Counted from the whole stretch's first letter, positions 11,153 to 22,418 are shown. The stretch is 43,692 nucleotides of DNA, filler included, from Catajapyx aquilonaris (GCA_000934665.2; 2 parts of 2 records of this genome joined end to end with filler, not necessarily neighbours in it); one strand, 5' to 3'. Notes: a model not told the origin generated them from the sequence alone. Translations and numbers: made by a program.

Positions 11153-11430
11153 GTCACATCCGTTGTGTACGTCACATCCGTGGACATATTCGTCGTTTAC
11201 GAAAAGTCCGATATTTACGTCACATCCGTGGATACATCCGTTGTTACGTCGCATTCGTTGTTTACGTCACATCCGTGGACACGTGTGTAGGACTACGTCA
11301 CATCCGTGGACATCACATGCGTGGACACATTCGCTGTTTACGTCACATCCGATATTTACGTCACATCCGTGGACATACCCGTTGTTATGTCACATCCGTA
11401 GCCATATCCGATGTTTACGACACATCCGTC
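11153..11430 (+). repeat. Irregular tandem array of ACGTCACATCCG(TGGAC), ~10 copies
   Basis: Motif is directly visible; its reverse complement CGGATGTGACGT is an overlapping ETS + CRE half-site. Confidence 0.88.
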
Positions 11431-11502
11431 CCTTCCTGTTAGCTGCCCGTTAAATTGTTTGGAGCAGCCCCCGGACACTTATACTACATTCTGGGCTTAT
11501 CG

Positions 11503-11792
11503 CCTGCCGAGGGGTTTTGCAGCGGGTGCTCACCTGAGAGCGCCATGAGACATTTCCCAGAGCAATTATGTGGCGACCCTACCGGACTAGGCTGAACTTT
11601 ATAGGTACAAAAGGGAAGCGCTCCATGCGGGCCCAAAATGGCCGCCGGCGCCCATGTTGGGTCCACCAACGTAGCCCTCCCTTTTAGTACCTATAAAGTT
11701 CAGCCTAGTCCGGTAGGGTCGCCACATAATTGCTCTGGGAAATGTCTCATGGCGCTCTCAGGTGAGCACCCGCTGAAAACCCCCTCGGCAGG
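11503..11792. repeat. 290-bp loopless palindrome with 89-bp perfect arms
   Basis: 11520-11608 is the exact reverse complement of 11687-11775; imperfect pairing continues to the centre CGCC|GGCG (11646/11647). Confidence 0.95.
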
Positions 11793-12874
11793 GGGTGGGT
11801 GGGAGTGACCTAACCTGAGTCTTCTATAACCATGGTTTGGAGTAACCTGTAGAGTGTACTCTAAGTGCAATATTTTGGCCAGTTTGCGCCTGGCAACTGT
11901 GCGCAGGGCCACGTCACCGGCCGCCATCTTTGCGTTTCCCTTCAGTCCAGTTGGCTCCTTTTTTCTTTCCAAAGACAAAAAGGTTTTGCTCCTGGTCCGG
12001 AACCGGCTTTTTTTATAGTAAATTTTTTCGGTTTTCCCGGAGACAGAGTTCCAAGATGCGACATCAAAGAGCGTTGGGGGGTTGCGATGGTGGGGTGGGA
12101 GGGAAAGGAAAAAAAAGTAGAATAAAATGGGGGGAGAACAGGGAGGGCTTGTTGAAATCTGTCAGCGCAACAATGGGTCGCTATCTGATGAGAAGAGGAG
12201 GTATTGTGTGGGGTTGTGGGAGGCAAAGNGTTGAAGTGAGATAATAGGCGAAAAGGCGAGGGGGCGAAAGGGGGGGATAGATGAAACTGATGGTGGCCAA
12301 CAACCAGGCATTGTTGCCACCATTTTTTTAATTTTAAAAACAGAACTCCGAGAGAGGGTTTGTTTTGAAAATTAGAAAATGGGGGCGGGTCTTTTTTTAA
12401 AAGATGCGGAGTTGCCACATTTATGGATCGCAGTTGGGGCGGCATGCAGGCACTCCGAGAGATAAGTTTCATCGCTGCTAGATGATGCCATTTGTCTTGG
12501 AGTAATTAGCCCGAGTTGAGAGATGGTCCGTAGCTTGGAAGGGATGCTGGTGCAGGGGATGGGGGGAAGATCATTTGGGCTGGAGATTTACTGCCTGCCC
12601 GAAAGGGTTTGGAGGGAGGTGGGAGGTGGGTAGAGTGGGGGGTAGAGGCTTGGCGCAAGTGTAGGATTGACTCTCTGGAGGCCACGGAGACATAAAGAAT
12701 AAGGAGACCCGCTGTGCCACGCCCTGCCTTCCATTTCCCCCTAAACCACTCTGCTCGATTGGTCCTGGACTGCAGGCAACCAGGTGAAGCAAAAGGGACC
12801 GTTGGGTTGCGGCAAGCTCAGGATACACACCTTACATTAAACGATTTAGGCCACATCGCAGTGTAAACACGATG

Positions 12875-13716
12875 TAGGAAATATAAGGTGCCAGGAGCAG
12901 TTCACCTGGCACCCCTGTACTTCCTACACCACCAAAGGAGGCGGTGCCAGAAATACAAGGTGCCAAATGCAGTGTGTGGAGTTCATCTGGCACCCCTGTA
13001 CGCCTTTCGTCACCAAAATGGGCTATGCTAGAAATGCAAGGTGCCAGATGCAATGGGTGGAGTTCACGTGGCACCTCTGAGTATCCTACGTCACCTAAAT
13101 GGGGCGGAGCTAGAAATACAAAGTGCCAGAAGCAATGGGTGGAGTTCACGTGGCACCCTTGTACTCCATACGTCATCAAAAGGTGTAATCGCCAGTGTAA
13201 ACTGATGACGTAGGAAATGCAAGGTGCCAAATGCAGTGGATGCAGTTCATCTGGCACCCCTTACTCCCTACGTCACCAAAAGGGACGAGGCTAGAAATGC
13301 AAGGTGCCAAGTGCAGTGGATGGAGTTCATCTGGCACCTCTGCGTATCCTTCGTCACCTAAATGGGGCGGAGCTAGAAATGCAAGGTGCCAGATGCAATG
13401 GGTGGGGTTCACGTGGCACCCTTGTACTCCATACGTCATCAAAAGGGGTGGAGCCATAAATACAAGGTGTAATCTCCAGTGTAAACTGATGACGTAGGCA
13501 ATACAAGGTGCCAAATGCAGTGGATGCAGTTCATCTGGCACCCCTTACTCCCCACGTCGCCAAAATGGGCGGGGCTAGAAATCCAAGGTGCCAGATGTAG
13601 ATGGAGCTCATCTGGTACCCCTTCGGACGTGTACGTCATGAAGGGGGGGGGGCTAATGTGCTACAAGACACCTGGCACCCCCTATACTCTCTACGTCATC
13701 AAAATGGGCAGGGCTT
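12875..13716 (+). repeat. Complex ~80-bp tandem repeat of imperfect palindromes, with a 284-bp higher-order period
   Basis: Each monomer has AAGGTGCCA...TGGCACC plus TACGTCA and often AAATGGGGCGG; the block at 13231 recurs at 13515. Confidence 0.92.
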
Positions 13717-15624
13717 AATGTGTAGTTCCTTATTCCATCTACTGTATTAATAAATTTTGTCCTTGTGCAATATTATCGATGTGTATTACACACCGACGCC
13801 ATTTTGTTAGTTGCGGTGTACTTGTTGACCTTTTCAGCTTGGCCCCGCAATGTTCGCATGCACAAGCGCAACCTATTATCATCGGAGTTCCAAGAAGAGA
13901 GGTAATTGGGTGATAAGCAAAGATCAATGGAGCGTGACCCGTTGGGACTATGCTCACGACAACCCCCCAGCAAACTGACAGTTTTTTGTTGTTATAGTTG
14001 TTCGTTGCTGTTGTTGTTGGACGTGCCCTGGTGGGGGTAATAACTCGGCCTCGCCGCGAGGGGCGTGATCGTCGACCTGATTGTTCAACTTTGTGCATCG
14101 CGTGTGTGACCAACACACTCACCCTTCTCAGTAGTACAAAAAGACTTGTCTTTTTTTTTTTGGAGGGATCTCTCCCTCTTCAATAATGGACAAACCCTTG
14201 TTCGTGCACCCACCCCTTAAAGCACCTCTAGACTTTTCACGCACATGCATTGCAGAGAGTATAACCCTTGGGGCCAGCGGTATAAATCAGGGCCACGGAG
14301 GGCGGGTCTGATTGACCAGCGTGAGTCACACGGGTCATTTGTCAGGCTTGGAATCCGGCACACCTGCTACTTCATCTGGCAAAAGAGTGACACCTTTTTG
14401 CTACCAGGGGGGGAGGACATGATATCAAAGGAGCCAAGTCACGTGGAGCACGAAACTTTTTGAATAATCCAAAGCTTTTATTTTGGGGGTCTCCCTCCTG
14501 TGCGACTTTTGCGCAGAGCGTGGGAAGAAGGGCACACCTGCTCTGGGATGACCCCAGGATGACCTCTTCTTCCGGGCACGCACCTGGTCCAATCCTGGAC
14601 TTGGAGCCAGCTGCTGACCTGCCCATGACCTCCTACGTTGCCGTCTGGTAACCCTGATAGCACGTGCTGGTAACCCTGAGTGATTCGCACTTCTGGCAAC
14701 CCTGTCGGCACGTGCCACTCCCACGCTCCTGATTGGCTGGAGCTGTCAGGGTTATCAGGTGGAAATGAATTGAAATTTTGTGCAATTTTTGTCACACGGG
14801 TTGTGATTGGCTATGGGTCTCCGGCGGAAGTATGTTTTTGCGTGTCTTCTGGTATAGTAATTGATCGAAACGGAAGGGGTCGGAATTGAGGGGGATGGGC
14901 GGTGGTTCCTTCCTTAGTCATGGGCCCGTGACCACTTCTTTTTGTCAACTGCTTCACATCCAGGAGACAGGGTTGCAGCTGGTTGACTTCGTTTTGTCAG
15001 TACACCTGGGCTACTCTGCACAAATGCAACCAATTTCGCCTTTATTTTTAAGGGTTGCCAGAACATTCATCCAGCACGTGTTGAGGTGTAGAGATCAGGC
15101 TCGCTTCGTCTGGCAACCCTCCTGTAGGCATATAGGGCCACCTCATTTGTGACGGATTATTATACCAGGGTTCAGGAATATCCGCTTAGCAATCAATAAC
15201 CGTTGGATAGGATTATTGGAGGATCCGGTTTTGAATATGTGATAATGTGTGTACCCGAACATGTAGATTCAAGTCCTTTTCAAAGCTTTATTTATTTACA
15301 GACGGGGTTTTTTTTCCCCTCACATAGTGTGTGTGAAGCTCTATTACTTTCGGTTGGATGTACCCACATCGTTTGGCGTTGAGAAGTAAGGGTCCCAGTC
15401 TGGATTTTTGGGGGGAATAGGGATAGCCTTGTTTGCACTGGCAAATCGGATCTATCATGCTTGGTCTGGCACCCTGCGTGCGTGGGGAATGGCCCGGTGC
15501 ACTGGACAAACATCCTCTTTAAGCGCCGGCAAACGAGGAGCGAAAGGGGTGCATCCCATTCACACCCTGGGGATTATACCACACACACCCAACCGGATTT
15601 GGACATTCAAACATACCAAACTGT

Positions 15625-15710
15625 GTGGACGCCATTTTGAATCCAATGTCATATATATGATGAAGATGATTAGCTCCTTGTATCGTGGACGCCATTTTGA
15701 ATCCAATGTC
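15625..15710 (+). repeat. 26-bp direct repeat (60-bp period) with YY1-like and CCAAT motifs
   Basis: GTGGACGCCATTTTGAATCCAATGTC at 15625-15650 and 15685-15710. Confidence 0.9.
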
Positions 15711-15724
15711 GGATAAACGGGAAA

Positions 15725-16093
15725 ATGATGAAGGCGATTTGCTCCTTTTTTGGGATCTTTGATGCGGTTGATATTAGGTGTAGACCATTGCTGCAAGGGC
15801 TGCGGGGGAATCGGCTGGTCGACACTGATCAATCGCTGGTTGGCTGCGGGTTTCCGAGGGCTTTTCTCCAGCTTTTGTCAGCCAGAGCTACTCACCCCCC
15901 TACTCTCTGCGGATGTCCCCCCTCTTTCCAGCTCATCCCCTTTTGCTGCGATGTCCCTCAACCCACCCCCGCACCCTCGATTCAATTAGCTTCCCTTACG
16001 GCTCTCGACAAATTCGACGACATAAATCAGGTGGTGACATTCACTCGGCCCGATGCCACAAAACACCGCCGTCTATTACACACCATGGTATAG
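15725..16093 (+). CDS. Candidate ORF (122 aa), unknown product
   Basis: AAAATG start just after the duplicated YY1/CCAAT motif; no homology recognised. Confidence 0.18.
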   Translation: MMKAICSFFGIFDAVDIRCRPLLQGLRGNRLVDTDQSLVGCGFPRAFLQLLSARATHPPTLCGCPPSFQLIPFCCDVPQPTPAPSIQLASLTALDKFDDINQVVTFTRPDATKHRRLLHTMV

Positions 16094-16164
16094 CCTATAG
16101 CCGCCGCAGTCCCCCGAATTGTCCGATTTAAATTAACCAGGTTGTTTATTTTACTAATATGAAG

Positions 16165-16423
16165 CTAGGCCTAGTTTCCTCGTGGCCTGGCTAGACCTAG
16201 GTTCCTCGTGGCCTGGCTAGGCCTATAGGTTCCTCGTGGCCTAACTAGGCCAAGGTTCCTCGTGGACGAACTAGGCCTAGGTTCCTCGTGGACGAACTAG
16301 GCCTAGGTTCCTCGTGGACGAACTAGGCCTAGTTTCCTCGTGGACGAACTAGGCCTAGTTTCCTCGTGGCCGAACTAGGCCTAGTTTCCTTGTGGCCGAG
16401 CTAGGCCTAGATTCCTCGTGGCC
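16165..16423 (+). repeat. 26-bp minisatellite (~10 copies)
   Basis: Unit AACTAGGCCTAG(G/T)TTCCTCGTGGACG containing the palindrome CTAGGCCTAG. Confidence 0.95.
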
Positions 16424-17594
16424 GGGCAGGGAGGCTACATTGGCGCCCAGCGTGGGGCTTACACATCAGGATCTACTTGTGATCCATAAACCGCCGAGGG
16501 CCGAGTTAAAAGGTTGGAGACACTCGGCCGGCATCAGTGTCCTAACCGTGTTTGATCCCCTGTGTAATCCGGTATAGCCGGACATTTGTCAGCGATGGAC
16601 GTTGTCCCTCCAATTCCCGCTCCAGCCCCCTTCCATCTTGTGGAGTGTCCGCTGTCATCGGGCTGTCCAATAGCCCAGGGATAATTGGCCCTCCCGCCTC
16701 GATTCCCGCCACGTAATCAAAGTGTCTGCTGACCACTGTCCACTCTCGTGGGGTGGTCCAGCCGGAATAAGAGGCATTAAAGGCAGGGGAGATCCGGATG
16801 TTATTTCCTCTCCCTCCGCATTCAAGAGGACCCCTTACCCGGAAGCTGCCCCCCACTTCATCACAAGGGGACTCAGAGGCTTGACTCTTTTGATCATCAG
16901 CTGACCACTTGATGGCCACATTTGATCACGTGATCAGCCTGACCAATCCCAGCTTGAGGTGCCAATCCAGCTGATTGTCGCAACTGACAAGCTGTGTCTC
17001 CTCTCTCTGCGGCTTTGCACAGTCGGCAGCAGCGTCGGTGGGAGGGGAATGAAAGGGTGGTGGTGGTGGAGGGGGGGGGGGCTTTCATTACGCCCCGTAA
17101 TTAATTTCTGTGGCTAATTACCTCCCAGGGGGAGCCTCCTGTTTGCCACGGCAGCAGCGGTGGTGGCTCGGACACAAAACAAACAGGCGGCAGTGATAGC
17201 GTATTATATCCGGAGATGGGACCCAGCTATGCTGTTATTTGCCGAATCTACAGAGCAAGAGATGGTGATGCTGCTGGGGTTGGTTCATTTGGAGAGAGAG
17301 AGAGGCTTTCGCTGGCTGCTTCCTGGCGACACACAAAATGAGTTTTTCTCATCACTGCTTTTAATTACGCGGTGCATGATGGGGACTGGGCCTACTCAAC
17401 GCATGCGTCTACCACCAACAAGAGGTCAGAATTTTTGCGAAATTAAAAGCCTGACACGAATAGTGAAATTCAGCAGAACATTATTTTGTCCTCGCAAACG
17501 ATTTTTTTCCGGCTCTATATGAGGGACTAGCAGCGGAGCCAGTTCTTCACACTGCCTGTTTCCATACATGACAATGTAATCAACGGCAGATGGT

Positions 17595-18290
17595 AACCCG
17601 TTGCCATGGACAAACCAACAGACACACAGACAAACCAACATTAACGTGGCTATATGGACAAACCAACAAACCTTGCCCACTTTTATAGACTCTTATAGTA
17701 TCGTAGTTTTATAGCTGTTTTGATGCCGTGATACCCCGTTGCCATAGACAACAAACAGACACACAGGTAGACAAGCAACCGTTGCCATGGACAAACAAGC
17801 AAGCAAATAACTGTTGCTGTGGACAAACCGACAGACTTAGCCTATTATAGCTTTATATATAGTTCTGTAGTTGTACAGCTTTTTTTGATGCCGTGATAAC
17901 CCGTTGCCATCATAGACAACAAACAGACACACAGGCAGACAAGCAATAACCGTTGCCATGGACAAACAAACAAGCAAACGGCTGTTGCTGTGGACAAACC
18001 GACAAACTTTTTTCCTTTTATATACATTTTATACGTTGCCACGGAGTTTCATCACCATGATGGTCACCCGTTGCCATGGACAGACACACAAACTTTGCCT
18101 TTTATATACGTTATACCATGGAGTTTAGTTGCCATGGACAAATAAAGAAAACTGTTGCTGTGGACAAACCAACAGACTTTGCCTTCTATATACATTTTAT
18201 ACGTTCCCCATGGAGCTTCGTTTATGGACAAACAAACAACCGTTGCCATGGACACAAACCAACAAACTTTGGCTTTTATACATATAGACA
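17595..18290 (+). repeat. GTTGCCATGGAC / ACAA-rich tandem array, ~170-bp higher-order unit
   Basis: About 14 GTTGC(C/T)(A/G)TGGAC-type motifs; GTTGCTGTGGAC recurs at ~17813, 17984 and 18154. Confidence 0.9.
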
Positions 18291-20630
18291 AGTTGGTTTT
18301 GATATTTCAGGACTTATTATATAGCTGATAGCAGGTGAGCGGATTTTTTTTCGATCGCGTGTTGCTTCCTGGTGTCTGTTGGTGGAACGCGCGACGTCAT
18401 GTCCATCGAGGTGTGTTTGCTGAAGAACCGCACCGAAAAATGCGCGATTTCACGGTCAAATGGGCCGGCGATGAGTCGGCTCCTTCTGGTTTCCCTAATA
18501 GAGTCCTTCAAAGTCTGTGCCTCGCTGTATAGCGGAACTGCTTTTTAGGTTGCTGCGGCTCAAAATGGTTCAAAAATAGGCATCTGCTGGAGTGACCCCA
18601 CGACCTCTGACCTGCCTAGACCTGCTTCCGTTGCGTGCCAGGAGGTTCAGAGGTCATTCCTGCCGTCTGGCACGCTTCCTACTGCTGAATGCAGCACGAT
18701 TTTTAAACGGATTTAATTGTGCAAACTAGTGCACGTGCCTTCTTGTCACCTGTAGTTACCTTCGAATGATTCACAGTTTTGTGTTGGCGAGACCAGCTGT
18801 TTTTTCCTCAGTCATCGACAGCCTCCTCACCTTTGCTCTTTTCTTTAGAAAACGGGCGTCCGGCCAGCTGCGCACGACATACGTGTCATTACTGTGCGGG
18901 GGGGACACAAATGAGCAAAATCGAAAAGGTCGGCACTACCGGTTTTTTTGAGGGTTTTGGACCATGTGTTTGTTGAGCGTGGCTTGGAGGAGATATGGGG
19001 CTGAGAAAATCCAAAAATTGCGGGGCCAGGAAAGGCCCGGGTCGGCCCAGGGGCGGGGACTCATCCATCATGCGGGCCATGGGACTCAATTCCTTTGGGG
19101 CTGATCCATCATGCAGACGCGTGTTTGCATTGGGAAAGGGGGGTGGGTACAGATATACGGAGGGTGGGGTGCGGGTACGTCGCAAAACTTACCGATATGA
19201 TTCATGTGGAAAGTCGTGCTAAAAGAGTACAGGGTGTGCCACAAGCAGCAATTACATGGAAGCTACCAGATGTTAACAACGCACCGTTTTGTCTCTCATC
19301 TGAATAACAAAAGGGTTTTACCACTGTTGACAACCCTGCATGTTAATGCTCCTTCCCCCCTCTCTTTTTTTTAGATTCGCTTTGGGACAAACCACAACAG
19401 TAGAAAGTTAGAAATTTATATCCAGCCTCCCTTGTGTGCGGTCCGGAGGCGCTAATGGAATCCGGACCCGGTCCGGAATGTTAATCTGACCTCCATGCAG
19501 CATCAGGGGGGACTCCAGTTTTATATACAACTAGCTCTCAACCGCCATCCGGATCCCGGATTCATCTCACGTCTTTCCCATATATTCCTACCATTGATAC
19601 TGCCCTTTTCATGTCACACTGTGGACCGATTAAAAGGGCGCAATTGTACAAATAATTAGCCGATCCATCGCATTATGGAACACCCTGTTGTTGAGCCAGG
19701 TGAAGGCCAGCAGTGTGAAGGTGAAGAATGAAGTTAACATTCCGACCCCTTCGGTTAATTAAGGGGTGGGTGGTATAGGAGGGGGGGTTGCCTTTTTTGA
19801 TGGGACAATAGAGACCACCACCGGATTGGTGCGAAAGAGAGTGCAGCCCTTCTTGCATACCAATCGTTTTTGGAGGAGGGTAAAGAAGAAGGAGGAAAAA
19901 TGGAGCCTATTACCAGGGGAAGAAGTAGAAGGTGACCATAACTCATCTTGAGCGGTTGAGAAGTGAAGAGAAGGAAAAAAATATATATATTTTCCTTTTA
20001 GGATCGCGCGTCAAGCCAGCGCCACCGCTTGACAGGCCACGGGAAATCACTGCCGGGGTTAACAAATTGTTGTTGGTTGCACCAAACCCTCTTAGGTTTA
20101 TCCCACAGCACCCTTTGGACGCTGGATCAGGTGGGACTAATTGTCTCCCCCACCATCCATTTGTCGTAATTGAAAAGACTGCGAGCGCCCTTAAGGGACA
20201 CAGGTGTTAAGTGGGACGTGTTTAATGGGGGGTCGCAACAATCCGGATTTCTCTTAAGAAATATTTTTCTCACAAAATCATCGGAAGATTTGAACGCCCG
20301 GATCGCAGTGAATCTCACCCTTTAAAATAAGTGAAGCATTTTTGGTGAATATTTGTGCGCGTGTGAATAAGGGGTATAGTGAGAATGTGTGGTATGGGGG
20401 CTCCAGCAGGGTTTGTGTGAGGGCAATGCATGGATGGCATCCCAGCAGGTTGCGGGTTCCCTGGAGGGATCCCAAGCCAGGTGCCAATCCCCGTGGCAGA
20501 GATATATGGACTTGATTAGGCTCCGTCACGCCTTGGCCTTGGAGGCCTCCGAAAGTAAAAAAAAGGTGATGCTGCCCTCCTCACACCAACACTAGCTTAA
20601 AAATATATACATACAAAACACTCATAAATA

Positions 20631-20700
20631 CCGTTCAATTGGGGTGAGATTGTGCCAGGTGGGGTGAGATTGTGCCAGACTCAAAAAATGCACTTTTCCC
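20631..20700 (+). mobile_element. Probable DNA-transposon left end (pogo-like); other end not seen
   Basis: TA followed by CCGTTCAATTGGGGTGAGATTG, with tandem GGGGTGAGATTGTGCCAG at 20641 and 20661. Confidence 0.45.
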
Positions 20701-20749
20701 GGAATCAGCGGCACTGTCAGCACTCTCAGTAGCCCTGAAGTGGGTTATA

Positions 20750-20945
20750 CAGGGTGGTCCAAGTTCAAGTGTCGTTTTATAACGGCGATTAATAGAAGCG
20801 CTTAACGATGATGTAGCAGCGACGTGTAAAATTGCCCACTTCGATTGCGCCGAAGTGGAACATTTTACGCGTCGCTGCTACGTCATCGCTAAATCACTGC
20901 TATTAATCGCCGTTATAAAACGACACTTGAACTTGGACCACCCTG
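20750..20945. mobile_element. Tc1/mariner MITE (196-bp hairpin)
   Basis: TA TSD; perfect TIR CAGGGTGGTCCAAGTTCAAGTGTCGTTTTATAACGGCGATTAATAG; interior pairs almost to the centre. Confidence 0.92.
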
Positions 20946-21784
20946 TATAGGCATTCGTGACATATACATACCAACACACTTTCCGTTTTATACCGTAGAT
21001 TTTTTGCGGGTAAGTTACCCTGGCAGTATAATTACACCTTCCCCCTCGAGGTTAATTGTCCGTGTGGCACATTCTGGGTGGTCACCACCCCGTGACCTTC
21101 CCATGAACCGGCGAAGTGCGCCCCAAAGATCCTCCGATTGGACATGCCCAATGGATTTTTCCAACTCCCACGGACTATATGTCCGGAAGTTGGATCCCAG
21201 CTAGTGGACAAGTGGACAAGAGGAGCCCCGGAATATGCTTGGGTCTGTTGGCGACTCATTGTTATCGGCTCGGCGGGTAATCCTTCCGGGAAATAATCCT
21301 CCGCACCACCCCCCCATGGGTCCCACTTTTCCGGAAGCCCGATTTTCGGAGGGAGGAATTCCCAGCGACACGGAGGTTGACCACGTTGACCTCTCTATGT
21401 TCTCTCTAGAGCCGACAACAAGCATTATGCATGCAGTTGCTCCCAGCACTAGGTGCAATTAACTTTGCAAAAAAAAAGTGCGCATCATTTGTGCAAGTGC
21501 AACGAATTTTTTTTTTCTGTAGCTACTATAAAAAAATGCAATTTACACTTGTAGTTTGTACAAACAAAATTGAGAGTGATAAATTGAAGGGAGTCCCCCC
21601 CCTTTTTTTCGTATTACAGTCAGACAGTTCATTAAAAAGAGCTCACAGGGTGGTTTGTTCACTCCAGCAACAGGCAATGGACCAGCCTGTGGAGATCCCA
21701 TTTTAATTTGTTTTTCACCCGTGTTAAGTCCCCACACACCCAACCAAACAGGCTTGTCTTTGTTACAACCGGAGATAAGAAACT

Positions 21785-21884
21785 NNNNNNNNNNNNNNNN
21801 NNNNNNNNNNNNNNNNNNNNNNNNNNNNTTAATTAATTAANNNNNNNNNNNNNNNNNNNNNNNNNNNNNNNNNNNNNNNNNNNN
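21785..21884. other. Artificial assembly spacer
   Basis: 44 N + TTAATTAATTAA (stops in all six frames) + 44 N = exactly 100 bp. Confidence 0.95.
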
Positions 21885-22336
21885 CTCAACAATTGCTTCA
21901 TTCCTATGCCCAGATTGGGGGGGTCAGGTGGTGAGGAGGAGGTTCAGCCTCAGCCGGATCAGATAGCACGATTGGATGCCTGGGGCACACCAGCCAGCCA
22001 GCTAGCCCAGGATGCACAATTACACTCGGCCAGAGAACTCGCTTTTTGTGCTCCTTTTTTTTTATATCTACACAGCCTCATTTTTGTTTCATTATGTGAT
22101 CACCAAGTTCCCCCCCCNCCCAGGTTGTTAGGGAAGAGGTGTTATGTCTCTGTTGTGCTGGCTAGATACGAGTACAATCATGCAATTCCAACAATATTTG
22201 ACCACAGCCACATTGTCACGACACTACGCATTCAAGTATTATGCGTACGCCTTCATCTCCAGCCCTGACAATAACCCCAACGGCCTTTTTTACCATTTGG
22301 AAAGTGTTACGTATAATATTATGAAATGACTATTAT

Positions 22337-22349
22337 AGCAGCAGCAGCA

Positions 22350-22393
<44 letters not shown>

Positions 22394-22418
22394 AGGGAGG
22401 GAGGGAGAGAGAGAGAGA
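22337..22418 (+). repeat. Compound microsatellite (CAG)n(AG)n(GGGA)n
   Basis: Directly visible. Confidence 0.95.

Noticed and set aside
12832..13718. Repetitive ORFs (PDELHPLHLAPC...)
   Set aside because: Open in several frames and on both strands; explained by the tandem repeat.
8783..18290. Tandem arrays as CRISPR arrays
   Set aside because: No unique spacers between constant repeats, no cas genes, eukaryotic context.
3211..21179. 15-bp inverted match TATAGTCCGTGGGAG (3211-3225 and 21165-21179) as element TIRs
   Set aside because: Does not extend; one such match is plausible by chance in 20 kb.
2823..21784. Firm assignment to Polinton, nimavirus, nudivirus or densovirus
   Set aside because: No hallmark gene, TIR or TSD is visible; similarities are architectural only.
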